DNA of 64,000 nucleotides from an uncultured Planctomycetaceae bacterium (lineage in GTDB: Bacteria; Planctomycetota; Planctomycetia; Planctomycetales; Planctomycetaceae), in assembly GCA_963815195.1 (NCBI GenBank), contig CAWFGE010000022.1, positions 64,001-128,000 of the forward strand. Direction: 5' to 3'. The position numbers and the translations under genes were made by a program. The notes beneath the pieces are model-generated. The model made no database searches and was not told where the DNA came from. It worked only from the letters and a program-made list of their open reading frames with translations. Of the stretch, positions 19,664 through 29,294 are shown in pieces (positions within the stretch are counted from its first letter, which is position 1; each line of letters begins with the position of its first letter).

Positions 19664-22051
19664 CTACTTCATTTGTTCCACCAACCAAAGCACGATCGTT
19701 TTGGCCCGGTCCGCGTCCCCGGCTTTCAGGCGAAACTGATCCGAGGCATTCGCCGTCGCGAACCGCTGTTGGGTCTTGGCGTAGGTTTCTTCCGCCCGGT
19801 TCTCCGAAACCTGCCGGTTTTGCCCGTCCACCAGGCCGCTGATCCACAGGGGCTTGGGAGCGAGCGCGGCTGCGATGTCCGCGGTATCGCTCACGGCGAG
19901 CGCGCCGGGAATCACCGCATCGTGCGGGACATACAAAAACTCGCTGTCGAGCAGCGACCGCCAACTGACCAGCCCGCCGCGGGCCAGCACCACGCCCGCC
20001 AAGTCGTCCTCGAACAACCCCGCGAATAATGCCAACAGCGGGCCGCCGGGCTCCGCCTGATCGGGAGAATTGTCGATGCCCCGCGGCACCCGCAGGTTGC
20101 GTCCGGGCGGATTGACCTTCGCCAACGAGTCTCCCCACACCGCAAGCCGCCGGGGATCGAACTCGCTCCGCGTCCGCAGATACGCCAACAGGGACCTCAA
20201 ATCTTTGAGCCGAGATCCCAGCAGGGTCTGGCCGAGCATCAACTCCGTCGCGGACAGCGAAGTCGCCCAGCTTTGGCGTGCGCGTCCATTTCCGGGCCGG
20301 GTTTCGCCGATTCCCCGCAAATCCGGCAGGCACACCGCCACGCCGTTTTCCAATAAAGCGGAAACCGTCTCCGGCTGCTCTTTTAAGAAGTCGGCTTTGC
20401 CCGATTGAGTGACGATCACGGCCACCGCTTGTTTGCGGTCGGTGGGGTTTTGCGGAGTCAACAACAACACCGGCACGCGAATCTCCCGCTCGCCGGTCAG
20501 CACAAACCGCTCGATTCGCATGCCCGCTTGGGTTTCCGTTTTCGTGTTCGTGATTTTGACGGGATAGGGCGCGACATCGCCGAGTTTGTCCTCCCAGAGT
20601 TTTTTGAGTTGCTCCCGGCGTTTTGAAGCCGGCAGCTTTTCGACTTGCTTTCGGACTTTGGCCAGACGCTCCTCGCTCAACTGGTCGGCGAGTTTGTGGA
20701 CGGGCGTTAAAGAGATATTCGCCGCTGCGTTTCCTTCGAGGCAGAGCAGTTCGGACGCGGGGCGGCGGTCGCGGGATTCCTCGTCGGGGATTTCCATCCC
20801 AAACCATTTTTGGAATGCCGCGTGAATTCCCTTGCGGTGCGCCGGGCCGATGTTGTTGCAATGCGAGGCTTTGTCGGAACTCAAGGTGACCGCTCCGTAG
20901 CCGTGGACCGAAGAGATCCGATCGCCCGCCTTGTAGAAATCAAAAATGGCATTCAGCCGCATCCACACGGGGTCGTGTTCGCGGTCCCAAGTAAATTCGT
21001 GCGCATAGATGAGTCCCCGTGGAGCGGTCGCCCCCACGATGACCCAGGGCAGAAAGCCGTCCCGCGCGGAGAGCCTGAGGTTTCGCGTGGATTCCCAACT
21101 CCCGCTGCCGGCGTAATTGAAAGCGTCCTCGGCATCTTCACCGAGCCGACCTGTCTCGGGTTGCGGTCCGCCGAAGTTAAACGGGACGACTCCGGCAAGG
21201 CGGGTCTCCAACGCCCCCGTAACGCCCGTGGGATCTCCGCCGCCGGCGACGGCCCCCAACAGAAGAATCCGTTTGGGATCGACGCCCGGCCGGGACAGCA
21301 GCAGATCGACGCCCCGCATCAGATCCCACGCCATCCAGCCGATCAAACTTTCGCCCACGAGATGCAACTGCAAAGCGACGTTATAGCGGAAGTAATAATC
21401 CTGCCGGCTCACGCGGAACGATCCATTGAAATCTTCGGCGGAGCGAAACGGGTGCTGCCGGCGTTCACCGTGGCCGAGTTGATCCATCACCAGCACCAGG
21501 CAGCCGGTGCGGGCCCACATCACGCCCATGTCCTGGAGTTCGTTTTGCGTTTTGGGGTTGTGATGGCTGTGGCAAATCAGAATCCCGGGCATCGAGGCCT
21601 TGGGCGATTCCGGCCGATACAAATTCGCGGTGACCCACAAACCGGGCCGGCTCTCGAAGACGAGCTTTTCGATTTTGTACCCGTCGCCTTCGATCTCGCC
21701 CGTGACTTTGATGGGCAAAGGATTGGGCACCGCCGGCGTTTGCCCCAAGGATTTTCGCAGGGCTGCGATCCGCTTGTCGCGATACGCCTCCCACGCGGTG
21801 CGGGAATCGATCCCCCGCCACAAACGCGTTTCCCGCCGATTGGCCTCCCGCAACCGGGCGCGGGCATCGTCGGACAGCATCCGCTCCCGCTGCGAAGAAC
21901 CCTCTTCGCCCAGCACGTTGGCATTCAGATCTTTCAAAGCCGAGGCGGAAAGTGGCGAGTTTTCCTCGGCCAAGGTGAACCGGGGCATCAGCAAAAGGCC
22001 GCACAGCAAGGTCAGTCCGATTCGTTGCGCTTTGTCGATTGGCCTCAGCAT
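19664..22051 (-). CDS. Secreted two-domain alpha/beta hydrolase (acetylxylan-esterase-like)
   Basis: Signal peptide from MLRPIDK; YKIEKLVFESRPGLWVTANLY, DQLGHGER, DLMRGVDLL; second domain PDLRGIGET. Confidence 0.8.
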   Translation of the reverse strand: MLRPIDKAQRIGLTLLCGLLLMPRFTLAEENSPLSASALKDLNANVLGEEGSSQRERMLSDDARARLREANRRETRLWRGIDSRTAWEAYRDKRIAALRKSLGQTPAVPNPLPIKVTGEIEGDGYKIEKLVFESRPGLWVTANLYRPESPKASMPGILICHSHHNPKTQNELQDMGVMWARTGCLVLVMDQLGHGERRQHPFRSAEDFNGSFRVSRQDYYFRYNVALQLHLVGESLIGWMAWDLMRGVDLLLSRPGVDPKRILLLGAVAGGGDPTGVTGALETRLAGVVPFNFGGPQPETGRLGEDAEDAFNYAGSGSWESTRNLRLSARDGFLPWVIVGATAPRGLIYAHEFTWDREHDPVWMRLNAIFDFYKAGDRISSVHGYGAVTLSSDKASHCNNIGPAHRKGIHAAFQKWFGMEIPDEESRDRRPASELLCLEGNAAANISLTPVHKLADQLSEERLAKVRKQVEKLPASKRREQLKKLWEDKLGDVAPYPVKITNTKTETQAGMRIERFVLTGEREIRVPVLLLTPQNPTDRKQAVAVIVTQSGKADFLKEQPETVSALLENGVAVCLPDLRGIGETRPGNGRARQSWATSLSATELMLGQTLLGSRLKDLRSLLAYLRTRSEFDPRRLAVWGDSLAKVNPPGRNLRVPRGIDNSPDQAEPGGPLLALFAGLFEDDLAGVVLARGGLVSWRSLLDSEFLYVPHDAVIPGALAVSDTADIAAALAPKPLWISGLVDGQNRQVSENRAEETYAKTQQRFATANASDQFRLKAGDADRAKTIVLWLVEQMK

Positions 22052-22268
22052 GATCTCGGCTCCGCAATGAGAGAAAACGAATTTGCCAAGGGCGGGATTT
22101 ACTCGCCCGATGTAAGCTAAAGTAAAAAACATTCGGCACGGACACAAACGTGGAGACGGAGGGCCATAAGAATCCACGGAAATTCCGCGTGACATCTCCC
22201 CGCAGGATCCGCCTGAAGCAGCAGTTGGTATTATCACGATTCCTGTTCCTGTTTTATGAGGTGTTTCC

Positions 22269-22961
22269 GTGGGAAAGCGTGTTTCGCACAGCGTTTTGGA
22301 TCCGTATTTGTCGAATCCGATCAAGGCCCGGTACGACTGGTTTCCAATTCCAAAACGGCTGCCGCCGGAGGCGATCGTGGTCGCGGGGCATCTCCTCGCC
22401 GCGGCGGGTGCGGTGGGGTTTGCGTTTTCCACGAGATTCTGGTGGGGCGGACTTTTGGCCGCGTGCGGCGTGGCTTTGAGCCACATCGCCGACCTCTTGG
22501 ACGGCACGCACGCCCGCCGGACCGGCCAATGCCGAAACGGCGGCGAGCTGCTCGACCACTTCTTGGACCCGCTTTCGTTCTCGTACCTTTTGATCGGGCT
22601 ATGCGTGTCCTGCGGGCGATGGGACCTCGCCGTGGCCGCGGTTCTGTGTCTGTATGCCACGGCCGTGTTGACCAACATCAAAGCCAAAATGATCGGCGAA
22701 TTCACGCTGGCGAGCTTCGGGCCGACGGAGTTCAAAACCCTGCTCGTCGTTTACGGACTGTTGCAATCGATTTGGCAAAGCCTGGCCGAGCCGGCGGTGT
22801 CTTCGACGACCATCGCGGTTTGGTTCGTCGGCCTTTTGCTGAGCGTGGGGGTGATCCAGTTGGCGTATCAGTTGGTCCGGTCCGTAATCGAGGTCAACCG
22901 CGACGGCGCGCCCCCGGACACCACGGAATGGATTTCCCGCGGCCAAACTCCGCAGCGTTAA
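22269..22961 (+). CDS. CDP-alcohol phosphatidyltransferase family protein
   Basis: DLLDGTHARRTGQCRNGGELLDHFLD (DxxDGxxAR...GxxxDxxxD). Confidence 0.88.
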   Translation: MGKRVSHSVLDPYLSNPIKARYDWFPIPKRLPPEAIVVAGHLLAAAGAVGFAFSTRFWWGGLLAACGVALSHIADLLDGTHARRTGQCRNGGELLDHFLDPLSFSYLLIGLCVSCGRWDLAVAAVLCLYATAVLTNIKAKMIGEFTLASFGPTEFKTLLVVYGLLQSIWQSLAEPAVSSTTIAVWFVGLLLSVGVIQLAYQLVRSVIEVNRDGAPPDTTEWISRGQTPQR

Positions 22962-23147
22962 TGCCAGGGCCCCGCTAAAGAACTGTAAACGCGGCGAAAC
23001 ACCGTTTCCGAATGGAAACCCGCCCGCCCCCGCTCCTTTTCGCAAAAATTCCGGATCGCGGGCCGGAACGCCACCACCGAATCGGCACGCGGTATGCACA
23101 CGAACCAACGGATTGACACCTCTCCCAAACTTTGCGAGTCATACCTC

Positions 23148-23624
23148 ATGCCTTCCCGACGTTCGCGGCTCTTCCTTCTGTTCCTCGCCCTCGCGTCTTC
23201 CTCGTTTCTTGGTTGCGGATTGGCTCGGCCGTCCAAGCTGTTGGGACGCTGGTACAACGGCGACGTTTCCATCCGGTTCCGCGAAAATGGATCGGTGCTC
23301 TACAATTCCCAAAATACGGGATTGGTGGAAGGCATCTATCGCTACGATTCTTCCGCGCTGCCGATTGCCAGCACCAAGCCGGTGAAAAATCTCACCCTGT
23401 GGCTGCCCCAGCCGGGGACGACCCTGGTGCTGGATTTCGAGCTGCGGTATCTTGGCGATCAGCGCATCCAAATCCGGCCGATCTTTGAAAAGTCCGACGC
23501 GCCCCAAGACCCCGCCGCCCTCGCCGCCTTGGGGGTCATCTTGAAAAAAGCCGCTTCGGACGCTCCCAACACGGATGGATTGGACACGGCCCCCCCGATC
23601 GCCTCGGCAAACCCAGCCCGCTAA
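23148..23624 (+). CDS. Hypothetical lipoprotein
   Basis: MPSRRSRLFLLFLALASSSFLGC lipobox, LLGRW motif. Confidence 0.7.
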   Translation: MPSRRSRLFLLFLALASSSFLGCGLARPSKLLGRWYNGDVSIRFRENGSVLYNSQNTGLVEGIYRYDSSALPIASTKPVKNLTLWLPQPGTTLVLDFELRYLGDQRIQIRPIFEKSDAPQDPAALAALGVILKKAASDAPNTDGLDTAPPIASANPAR

Positions 23625-23913
23625 CCGCCGCCAATCCGTCGATTTCCAGACAACTCTCCAAGCCCGTTTTTGCGCCCGTTGCGGCAGCAAAGCGGGCATT
23701 TTGCATGGAATGGCGCAATTTAGGCGATCTTGGAATGCCCATTTCTTCGGCACAATCGTTAAAACCGGCACAAATCCGAAAATCGTTTTGAGATTTGAGC
23801 GGGTTTGTCCGATGTTTGAGGACAGCCAATGGTCTCCCTCGCCAGGAGGAGGTCTCGGGTGGTTGAGGCTTCGGGTGGCGGGGGTGGGATTTTTTCTTTG
23901 GGGAGCCGTCGTC

Positions 23914-25672
23914 GTGCCTGCGATTCGGAATCTTTTTGCGAAATCGGTGTTGGGATTGGCGATGGCCGGTCTGGGATCGGTGGCTTCCGGGCAGACGCCC
24001 CCATCGGCGCAGCAGACGCCGCGCGGGTGCGCCGCGGGTGACGCCGCCTGTCACGCAAATGCCGCGGTCCGCGCAACTGCCGCCCGTCGGGCAACCGCAG
24101 TTTCCTGCAGCGTACGATGCGGGACAGACGCCCCGGTCCGCGCAGGTGCCTGCGTTTCCGGCGGACACCGTGTTCACCGCTCAGCCCCATCCGACAGCTT
24201 CGGCCGCGTTAAAGGCTAAGGTCAACAACCTCGTCGAAGAGGTCCTGACCACCGAGGTCGAAATCGAAGTCACCAAACGCCGGGCCAAGATCCTGAGGAT
24301 GAAGCAGCCCGTGTTCCGCACCGCGATCGCCGACCCCACGCTCGTCGAGATCGTGCCCTTCGGCACCCGCGAGATCGAACTCATCGGCCGCGAGACCGGC
24401 AGCACGACCGTCACGGTCTGGACCGGCACGGAAGCCAACCCGCAGCTGCTCACCGTGCTCGTCACCGTCACCAAGGACGACGCCGTCGATGCCATGCGCC
24501 GCTTGGAATACAGCGAACTGCAGGACATGATCAACGAGTTTTTCCCCAACAGCCGGGTGCAGTTGATCCCGATCGCGAACAAAGTCATCATCCGCGGCCA
24601 GGCCCGCGACGAGGAAGAAGCCACGCAGATTCTATCCATCCTGCGGGCGAACTCCGGCGGCCAGAACTCGGCCCTCGGCGGCGGCGGACAGACGGTCGCC
24701 GACGGAGCGGTCGCCGACGCCTTCCCCGAAGCCTCCGAACTGCCCGCGAGCAACATGATCAACATGCTCGAAGTCCCCGGCGAGAAACAGGTGCTGCTCA
24801 AGGTGCGGATCGCCGAACTCAAACGCTCCGCCGTGCGGACCTTGGGAGCCGACTTCAACATCAACGTCGGCGACTTCGCCTTCAATTCGATCCTCGGAGC
24901 GGGCGGCAACGTGCTGTTGACCGGCACGTTCGATGAAGACAGCTTCAACCTCCTCCTCAGGGCTTTGGAGACCAACGGCTCCGCGAAGATTCTCGCCGAG
25001 CCGAACCTGGTCGTCCTCAGCGGGCGGACGGCGAACTTTCTTTCAGGCGGCCAGTTCGCGGTCCCGACGGTCGTCGGCGTGGGCGGAGCGCAAGCGGCGA
25101 CGACGACCTTCAAAGGCTTCGGCACGCAGGTCTCGTTCTCGCCGACAGTGCTCGACAAGGACCGCATCCGCCTGCAAGTCGCCCCGACCTTCAGCACGAT
25201 CAACCGCAACAACTCGGTCAACGGCATCTTCGGTCTGGACACCCGCACGGCGGCGACCACCGTCGATCTGCGGGAAGGCCAGGTGCTGGCCATCGCCGGC
25301 TTGATCCAGTCGCAGCAGCGCGGCGACATCGCCCGCCTGCCCTTGGTGGGGAACATTCCGTTCTTGAACTTCCTCACCGCGAACCGCACGATCTCCAAGG
25401 ACGAGACGGAACTGATCATTCTGGTCAGCCCGGAACTGGTGCACCCCTTGGAACCGGAGCAAGCCCCGCCGATCCTGCCGGGCATGCAAGTCACCGAACC
25501 CAACGACTTGGACTTCTATATCTACGGCGACATCGAAGGCCGGCCCGACTTCTATCACCGCAGCACGGTCTGGCCGCTGTACCGCAGCCGCCTGAAGCGC
25601 GCCGGCGGCGTGGAAGTCCTGCGTTCGACCGACTGCTACTACGTCGAAGGCGACCACGGCTTCAGTAACTAG
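23914..25672 (+). CDS. cpaC: Flp/Tad pilus secretin CpaC/RcpA; N-terminal frameshift at about 24020, start uncertain
   Basis: AIADP, GSTTVTVW, QVLLKVRIAE, AEPNLVVLSG, FLSGGQF, GQVLAIAGL, ETELIILVSPELV; the signal peptide lies in the upstream frame. Confidence 0.85.
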
Positions 25673-25717
25673 GCGAGCGTGGGGCGTAAGCCCCATGATC
25701 CACTCAAATAAGTAATA

Positions 25718-25902
25718 GACCTAGAGCTATATATATAGACAGAAATAATGAAATCGACCTAGAGCTATCTATAGATCCAGAAATAGACTCACAACTCAAT
25801 CTAGCATATATGTGGTGTCCGATTTGCATTTGCGAAGAACCGGGGCTAGCGCCCTGCGGCTAATGTTTGCGAAGAACCGGGGCTAGCGCCCTGCGGCTAA
25901 TG
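25718..25902. repeat. AT-rich imperfect direct repeat plus a 37-bp tandem REP-like duplication
   Basis: GACCTAGAGCTAT...AGAAATA at 25718 and 25756; TTTGCGAAGAACCGGGGCTAGCGCCCTGCGGCTAATG twice (25829-25902). Confidence 0.8.
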
Positions 25903-25970
25903 TTTTCAAACCTTAAACTTCTAACTTCTAACCCCCGGCCACTGACCCTTTCACAAAAAAGGTTTGTTCC

Positions 25971-26564
25971 ATGAAACATTTCGTGCATGCCAAGTGGGCG
26001 GCCTGGTCCGCGGCGGCTTTGTTGGCGGGCACCTCGCTGGGGTGTTCGCGGTCCGTGACCATGCTGGGCATGGGCGACTTCCATCCAAAACCGATGGGGA
26101 CCTATGTGGACCCGGCGTTTCAGGACATGGAAATGAACGCCGAAGCCTCGGACTTCGTGATCTATCAGCACGAATGGAACGGCGAGACCACGTCGATGAA
26201 CGACCGGGGCCTCGAGCACCTCAAGCGGATTCTGGAGCGGCTGCCCCAGGTGCCGTTCCCCGTGCTCGTCGAGCCGTCGAACATGGCCGTCGATCCCAAC
26301 ACCAAATACCGTTACCCGGTCAACGGCAATCACGCCCTCGACATAGAGCGCCGGCAAGCGATCGTGGACGCTCTCGCGGGCATGGGCTATAAAGAAGCCC
26401 AGGAGCGGGTGTTCGTCGCCCCGGCCCTCGCCGCCGGCTTCGAAGGCTTCGAGGCCGAGCACGCCTACAACCGCGGCTTCAGCCAGTTCGGCAACGGCCT
26501 GGGCGGCTTCGGAGGCTTCGGCGGCTTCGGCGGCCTAGGCGGCGGCTTCGGCGAAGGCTTTTAG
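25971..26564 (+). CDS. Hypothetical lipoprotein with Gly/Phe-rich C-terminus
   Basis: Lipobox SLGC; DFVIYQHEW; tail GGFGGFGGFGGLGGGFGEGF. Confidence 0.8.
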   Translation: MKHFVHAKWAAWSAAALLAGTSLGCSRSVTMLGMGDFHPKPMGTYVDPAFQDMEMNAEASDFVIYQHEWNGETTSMNDRGLEHLKRILERLPQVPFPVLVEPSNMAVDPNTKYRYPVNGNHALDIERRQAIVDALAGMGYKEAQERVFVAPALAAGFEGFEAEHAYNRGFSQFGNGLGGFGGFGGFGGLGGGFGEGF

Positions 26565-26628
26565 CACCAAGTCCGCCGCAGCGAAGTTGGCTTAACGATC
26601 GATCCCTTTCCACCTGATCTCTTCACGG

Positions 26629-27524
26629 ATGAAACTCGCTATGCATGGCCGATCATCTCAAACCGGCGGGGCTTGTCTGGCATTCTTGTGTCTGATACTG
26701 GCCGGTTGCGCGGGCGGTCCGCAACCGGTGGCCGGCACGCCGGAGGAATTCGTCGTGCCCAAGTCCAAAGTGGAAGCTGGGCTCAATGTGGGCCGCATTC
26801 AGGAACGGCAGGGCGGTCTCGTCAAAGCCTTGGAGCTTTATGAAAGCTTGCTGCGGTCGGATCCCGACAACCCGGAGGTCTGCCATCGCTTGATGGTCGT
26901 GCATTCGCGGTTAGGCCAAGCGGAACAGGCCGACGCTTTTTTTCAGAAGGCCGACCGTCTCAAGCCGAACAATGCGGATCTGTATGCGGACTATGGGTAT
27001 GCCTGCTATTTGCAGGGCGATCTGACGAAGTCGGAAGCCTGGCTGCGAAAAGCGAACTCGCTCCGGCCGAAGGATAAGCGAATCACCAACAACCTCGCGC
27101 TGGTGCTGGGGACCGAGGGCGCGGGGAGGAAAGCTTGACCTACTTTCGGCAGTGCCTGGACGATGCGGAGGCCAACGCAAACGTGGGCTATGCTTTGATA
27201 CAACACGGCGACTTCGCCGGGGCCCGCGACTACTATGCCAAAGCCTTAAGCATCAACCCCAAGCTCAAGTCGGCTCAGCATGCCCTCTTGCAGATTGCGG
27301 AATGGGAGCAAGCCAAGCAGAAAAAATTGGCGCAGGCCGCCCAGCCCTCTGCAACACAGGCCGCCTATCACCAGGAACATTTGGAGCCGGAACCTCAACC
27401 GGTCCGGAACGTTCCGCCCCGGCCCATCGTTCAACCGGCCCGGAAGGCTCCACCTCAGCCTGTTGTCCAACCCCGCTTCAATCAAGGGGCCTGGCAACCG
27501 GTCGGCGCGTCGACCATCCAATAA
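26629..27524 (+). CDS. TPR lipoprotein (TadD-like); frameshift at about 27120
   Basis: Lipobox LAGC; TPR repeats (DYGYACYLQG, NNLALVLG, ANVGYALIQ); downstream of cpaC. Confidence 0.8.
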
Positions 27525-27547
27525 TCCATCGGCACCCTCAAACATCG

Positions 27548-27590
27548 AACAATCCCCGAAGGATCATTTCGCCTTCGGGGATTGTTTTGT
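27548..27590. terminator. Intrinsic terminator between convergent genes
   Basis: AACAATCCCCGAAGG-loop-CCTTCGGGGATTGTT followed by a T-rich tract. Confidence 0.75.
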
Positions 27591-27628
27591 TGTCGTCTTG
27601 TTCGCTCACGAACCGCCATGCCGGCTGT

Positions 27629-28309
27629 TTAGTCCAACTCTTTGATAAACAGGTTGCGGAATCTCAATTCGTGGCCGTGGCCTAGGAATCCGATGTACCC
27701 GGTCGTGTTGAACAGGCCTGGATGTTTTCGGTGGTCGGCGGTCTCGGGTTTGCCGGCTTTTTCGATGTCGGCATCGACGATGACCGTGCCGTTGAGCTTG
27801 ACCTGGATGTGCGAGCCGTTGGCGGTGATCTCTTCCGTGTTCCATTCGCCGGCAGGTTTCAGGAAGCCCCGCTTCGCGGGGACGACGCCGTAGATCGAAC
27901 CGTGGTACTGGTAGGGCTTCAGGTTCTTGTATTGCGGAGCCGAGTCGTCGAGGATTTGGATTTCCATGCCATGGTAGGCGGCGTCTTTGCCTTTTTCGCA
28001 GCGAATGCCGACGCCGTTGTTCCCGCCGGGCTGGAGTTCGAAATCAAACCGGAACACAAAATTGTCGTATTGTTTTTCGGTATAAAGATTCCCGCCGCCG
28101 TTTTTGGGGCTGACCAGCACGCCGTCCTCCACGTTATAGCCCTTCGTCGCTCCGGTCCAGCCGTCGAGGTTCTTCCCGTTAAACAGGGCTCTAAATCCTT
28201 CCGGGGGGACGTTCAATTTGTCTTCTGCTTGGGCGCGGGTTTGCGAAACCGCAGCGCAAAGCACGAAAACAGAGGCGGTTATTTCGAGGAAAGAAAGACA
28301 GCGTCGCAT
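27629..28309 (-). CDS. DUF1080 (3-keto-disaccharide hydrolase-like) secreted protein
   Basis: LFNGKNLDGW, GGNNGVGIR, EIQILDD, GEWN, LNG, FRNL. Confidence 0.9.
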   Translation of the reverse strand: MRRCLSFLEITASVFVLCAAVSQTRAQAEDKLNVPPEGFRALFNGKNLDGWTGATKGYNVEDGVLVSPKNGGGNLYTEKQYDNFVFRFDFELQPGGNNGVGIRCEKGKDAAYHGMEIQILDDSAPQYKNLKPYQYHGSIYGVVPAKRGFLKPAGEWNTEEITANGSHIQVKLNGTVIVDADIEKAGKPETADHRKHPGLFNTTGYIGFLGHGHELRFRNLFIKELD

Positions 28310-28450
28310 GGGGGAACCTTTCGGCGAAGAGGACTGAAGGGGCACCAAACTCGTAAAGAGTTCCGGCATCTCGGTTTAGCAATTCGATTGGATCGGAAAC
28401 CAGCATAACCGCACCGTCCCCCGCCCGGCAAGCGAGAGATTGGGGGAGAG

Positions 28451-28506
28451 TCAAACGCTTATTTCAAACATTGACTTCAAACGGGTGTTTGATACAATTG
28501 TTTGAA
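28451..28506 (+). promoter_or_regulatory. Sigma70 promoter with a TetR-type operator in the spacer
   Basis: TTGACT (28471-76), TCAAACgggtGTTTGA, TACAAT (28493-98); extra TCAAAC/GTTTGA half-sites on both sides. Confidence 0.75.
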
Positions 28507-28546
28507 TTGCTGGTCCCTCTTGTCGATTTTTGCCGAGCCAAACCTT

Positions 28547-29233
28547 GTGACGACGCAACAATTTCCACAACCCGTTACTACAGATGAAGATACGAGGACT
28601 CGCCTCTTGAATGCGGCGGGGCCCGTGTTTGCCGACAAAGGATTTCACGGCGCGACGGTTCGTGAAATCTGCGAAGCGGCCGAAGTGAATATCGCCAGCG
28701 TGAACTACCACTTCGGCGACAAACAGCGGCTGTATATCGAGACCGTGAAGCGGGCTCATCAACTTCGCACAGAGCGGGCTCCGTTGCCGCGTTGGCCCGC
28801 CGGGACGCCGGCGGATTTGAAGCTGCGGGATTTTATCCGCACGCTGCTGACGCGGATGATCGCCACGGACGAGGCCCCCTGGCAGCACCGGCTGATGATG
28901 CAGGAGACGCTCAATCCCACGCAGGCCTGCCGGGAAATGGTGGAGGACTACATTCGCCCCGAGTTCGACCGGCTGCTCGCCATCCTCGAGGAACTCTTGC
29001 CGCCGGAGGTCCCGCTCGTGCGACGGCATCAAATGGCGTTCAGCATTGTGGGGCAATGTTTGTTCTACAAGATCGGCGGTGGGGTTGCCCGGATTCTGGT
29101 CAGCGAAGACGAGTTTTCCGAGCAATTCACCGCGGAGAATCTGGCCAACCACATTGCCGACGTGTCCCTGGCCGCGCTCGGTGTGTTGCCGTCTTTCGCG
29201 GAGACGGCTCCGGACACCCGCGAAGAACAATAG
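28547..29233 (+). CDS. TetR-family regulator (CecR/YbiH-like); start approximate
   Basis: RLLNAAGPVFADKGFHGATVREIC...VNYHFGDKQRLY; FSIVGQCLFY. Confidence 0.9.
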   Translation: MTTQQFPQPVTTDEDTRTRLLNAAGPVFADKGFHGATVREICEAAEVNIASVNYHFGDKQRLYIETVKRAHQLRTERAPLPRWPAGTPADLKLRDFIRTLLTRMIATDEAPWQHRLMMQETLNPTQACREMVEDYIRPEFDRLLAILEELLPPEVPLVRRHQMAFSIVGQCLFYKIGGGVARILVSEDEFSEQFTAENLANHIADVSLAALGVLPSFAETAPDTREEQ

Positions 29234-29294
29234 ACCAGGTTTTTGACGCGTGCTTCCGTCCCTTTTGTTTCCTTTTTCCCGTCAGGATATTTCG

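Noticed and set aside
19664..22735. 1023-aa ORF
   Set aside because: The upstream 228 codons overlap the opposite-strand phosphatidyltransferase; the signal peptide points to a start at 22051
23740..23770. Sigma54 promoter upstream of cpaC (TCGGCAC-AATCG-TTAA)
   Set aside because: The -12 GC is missing; too weak to call
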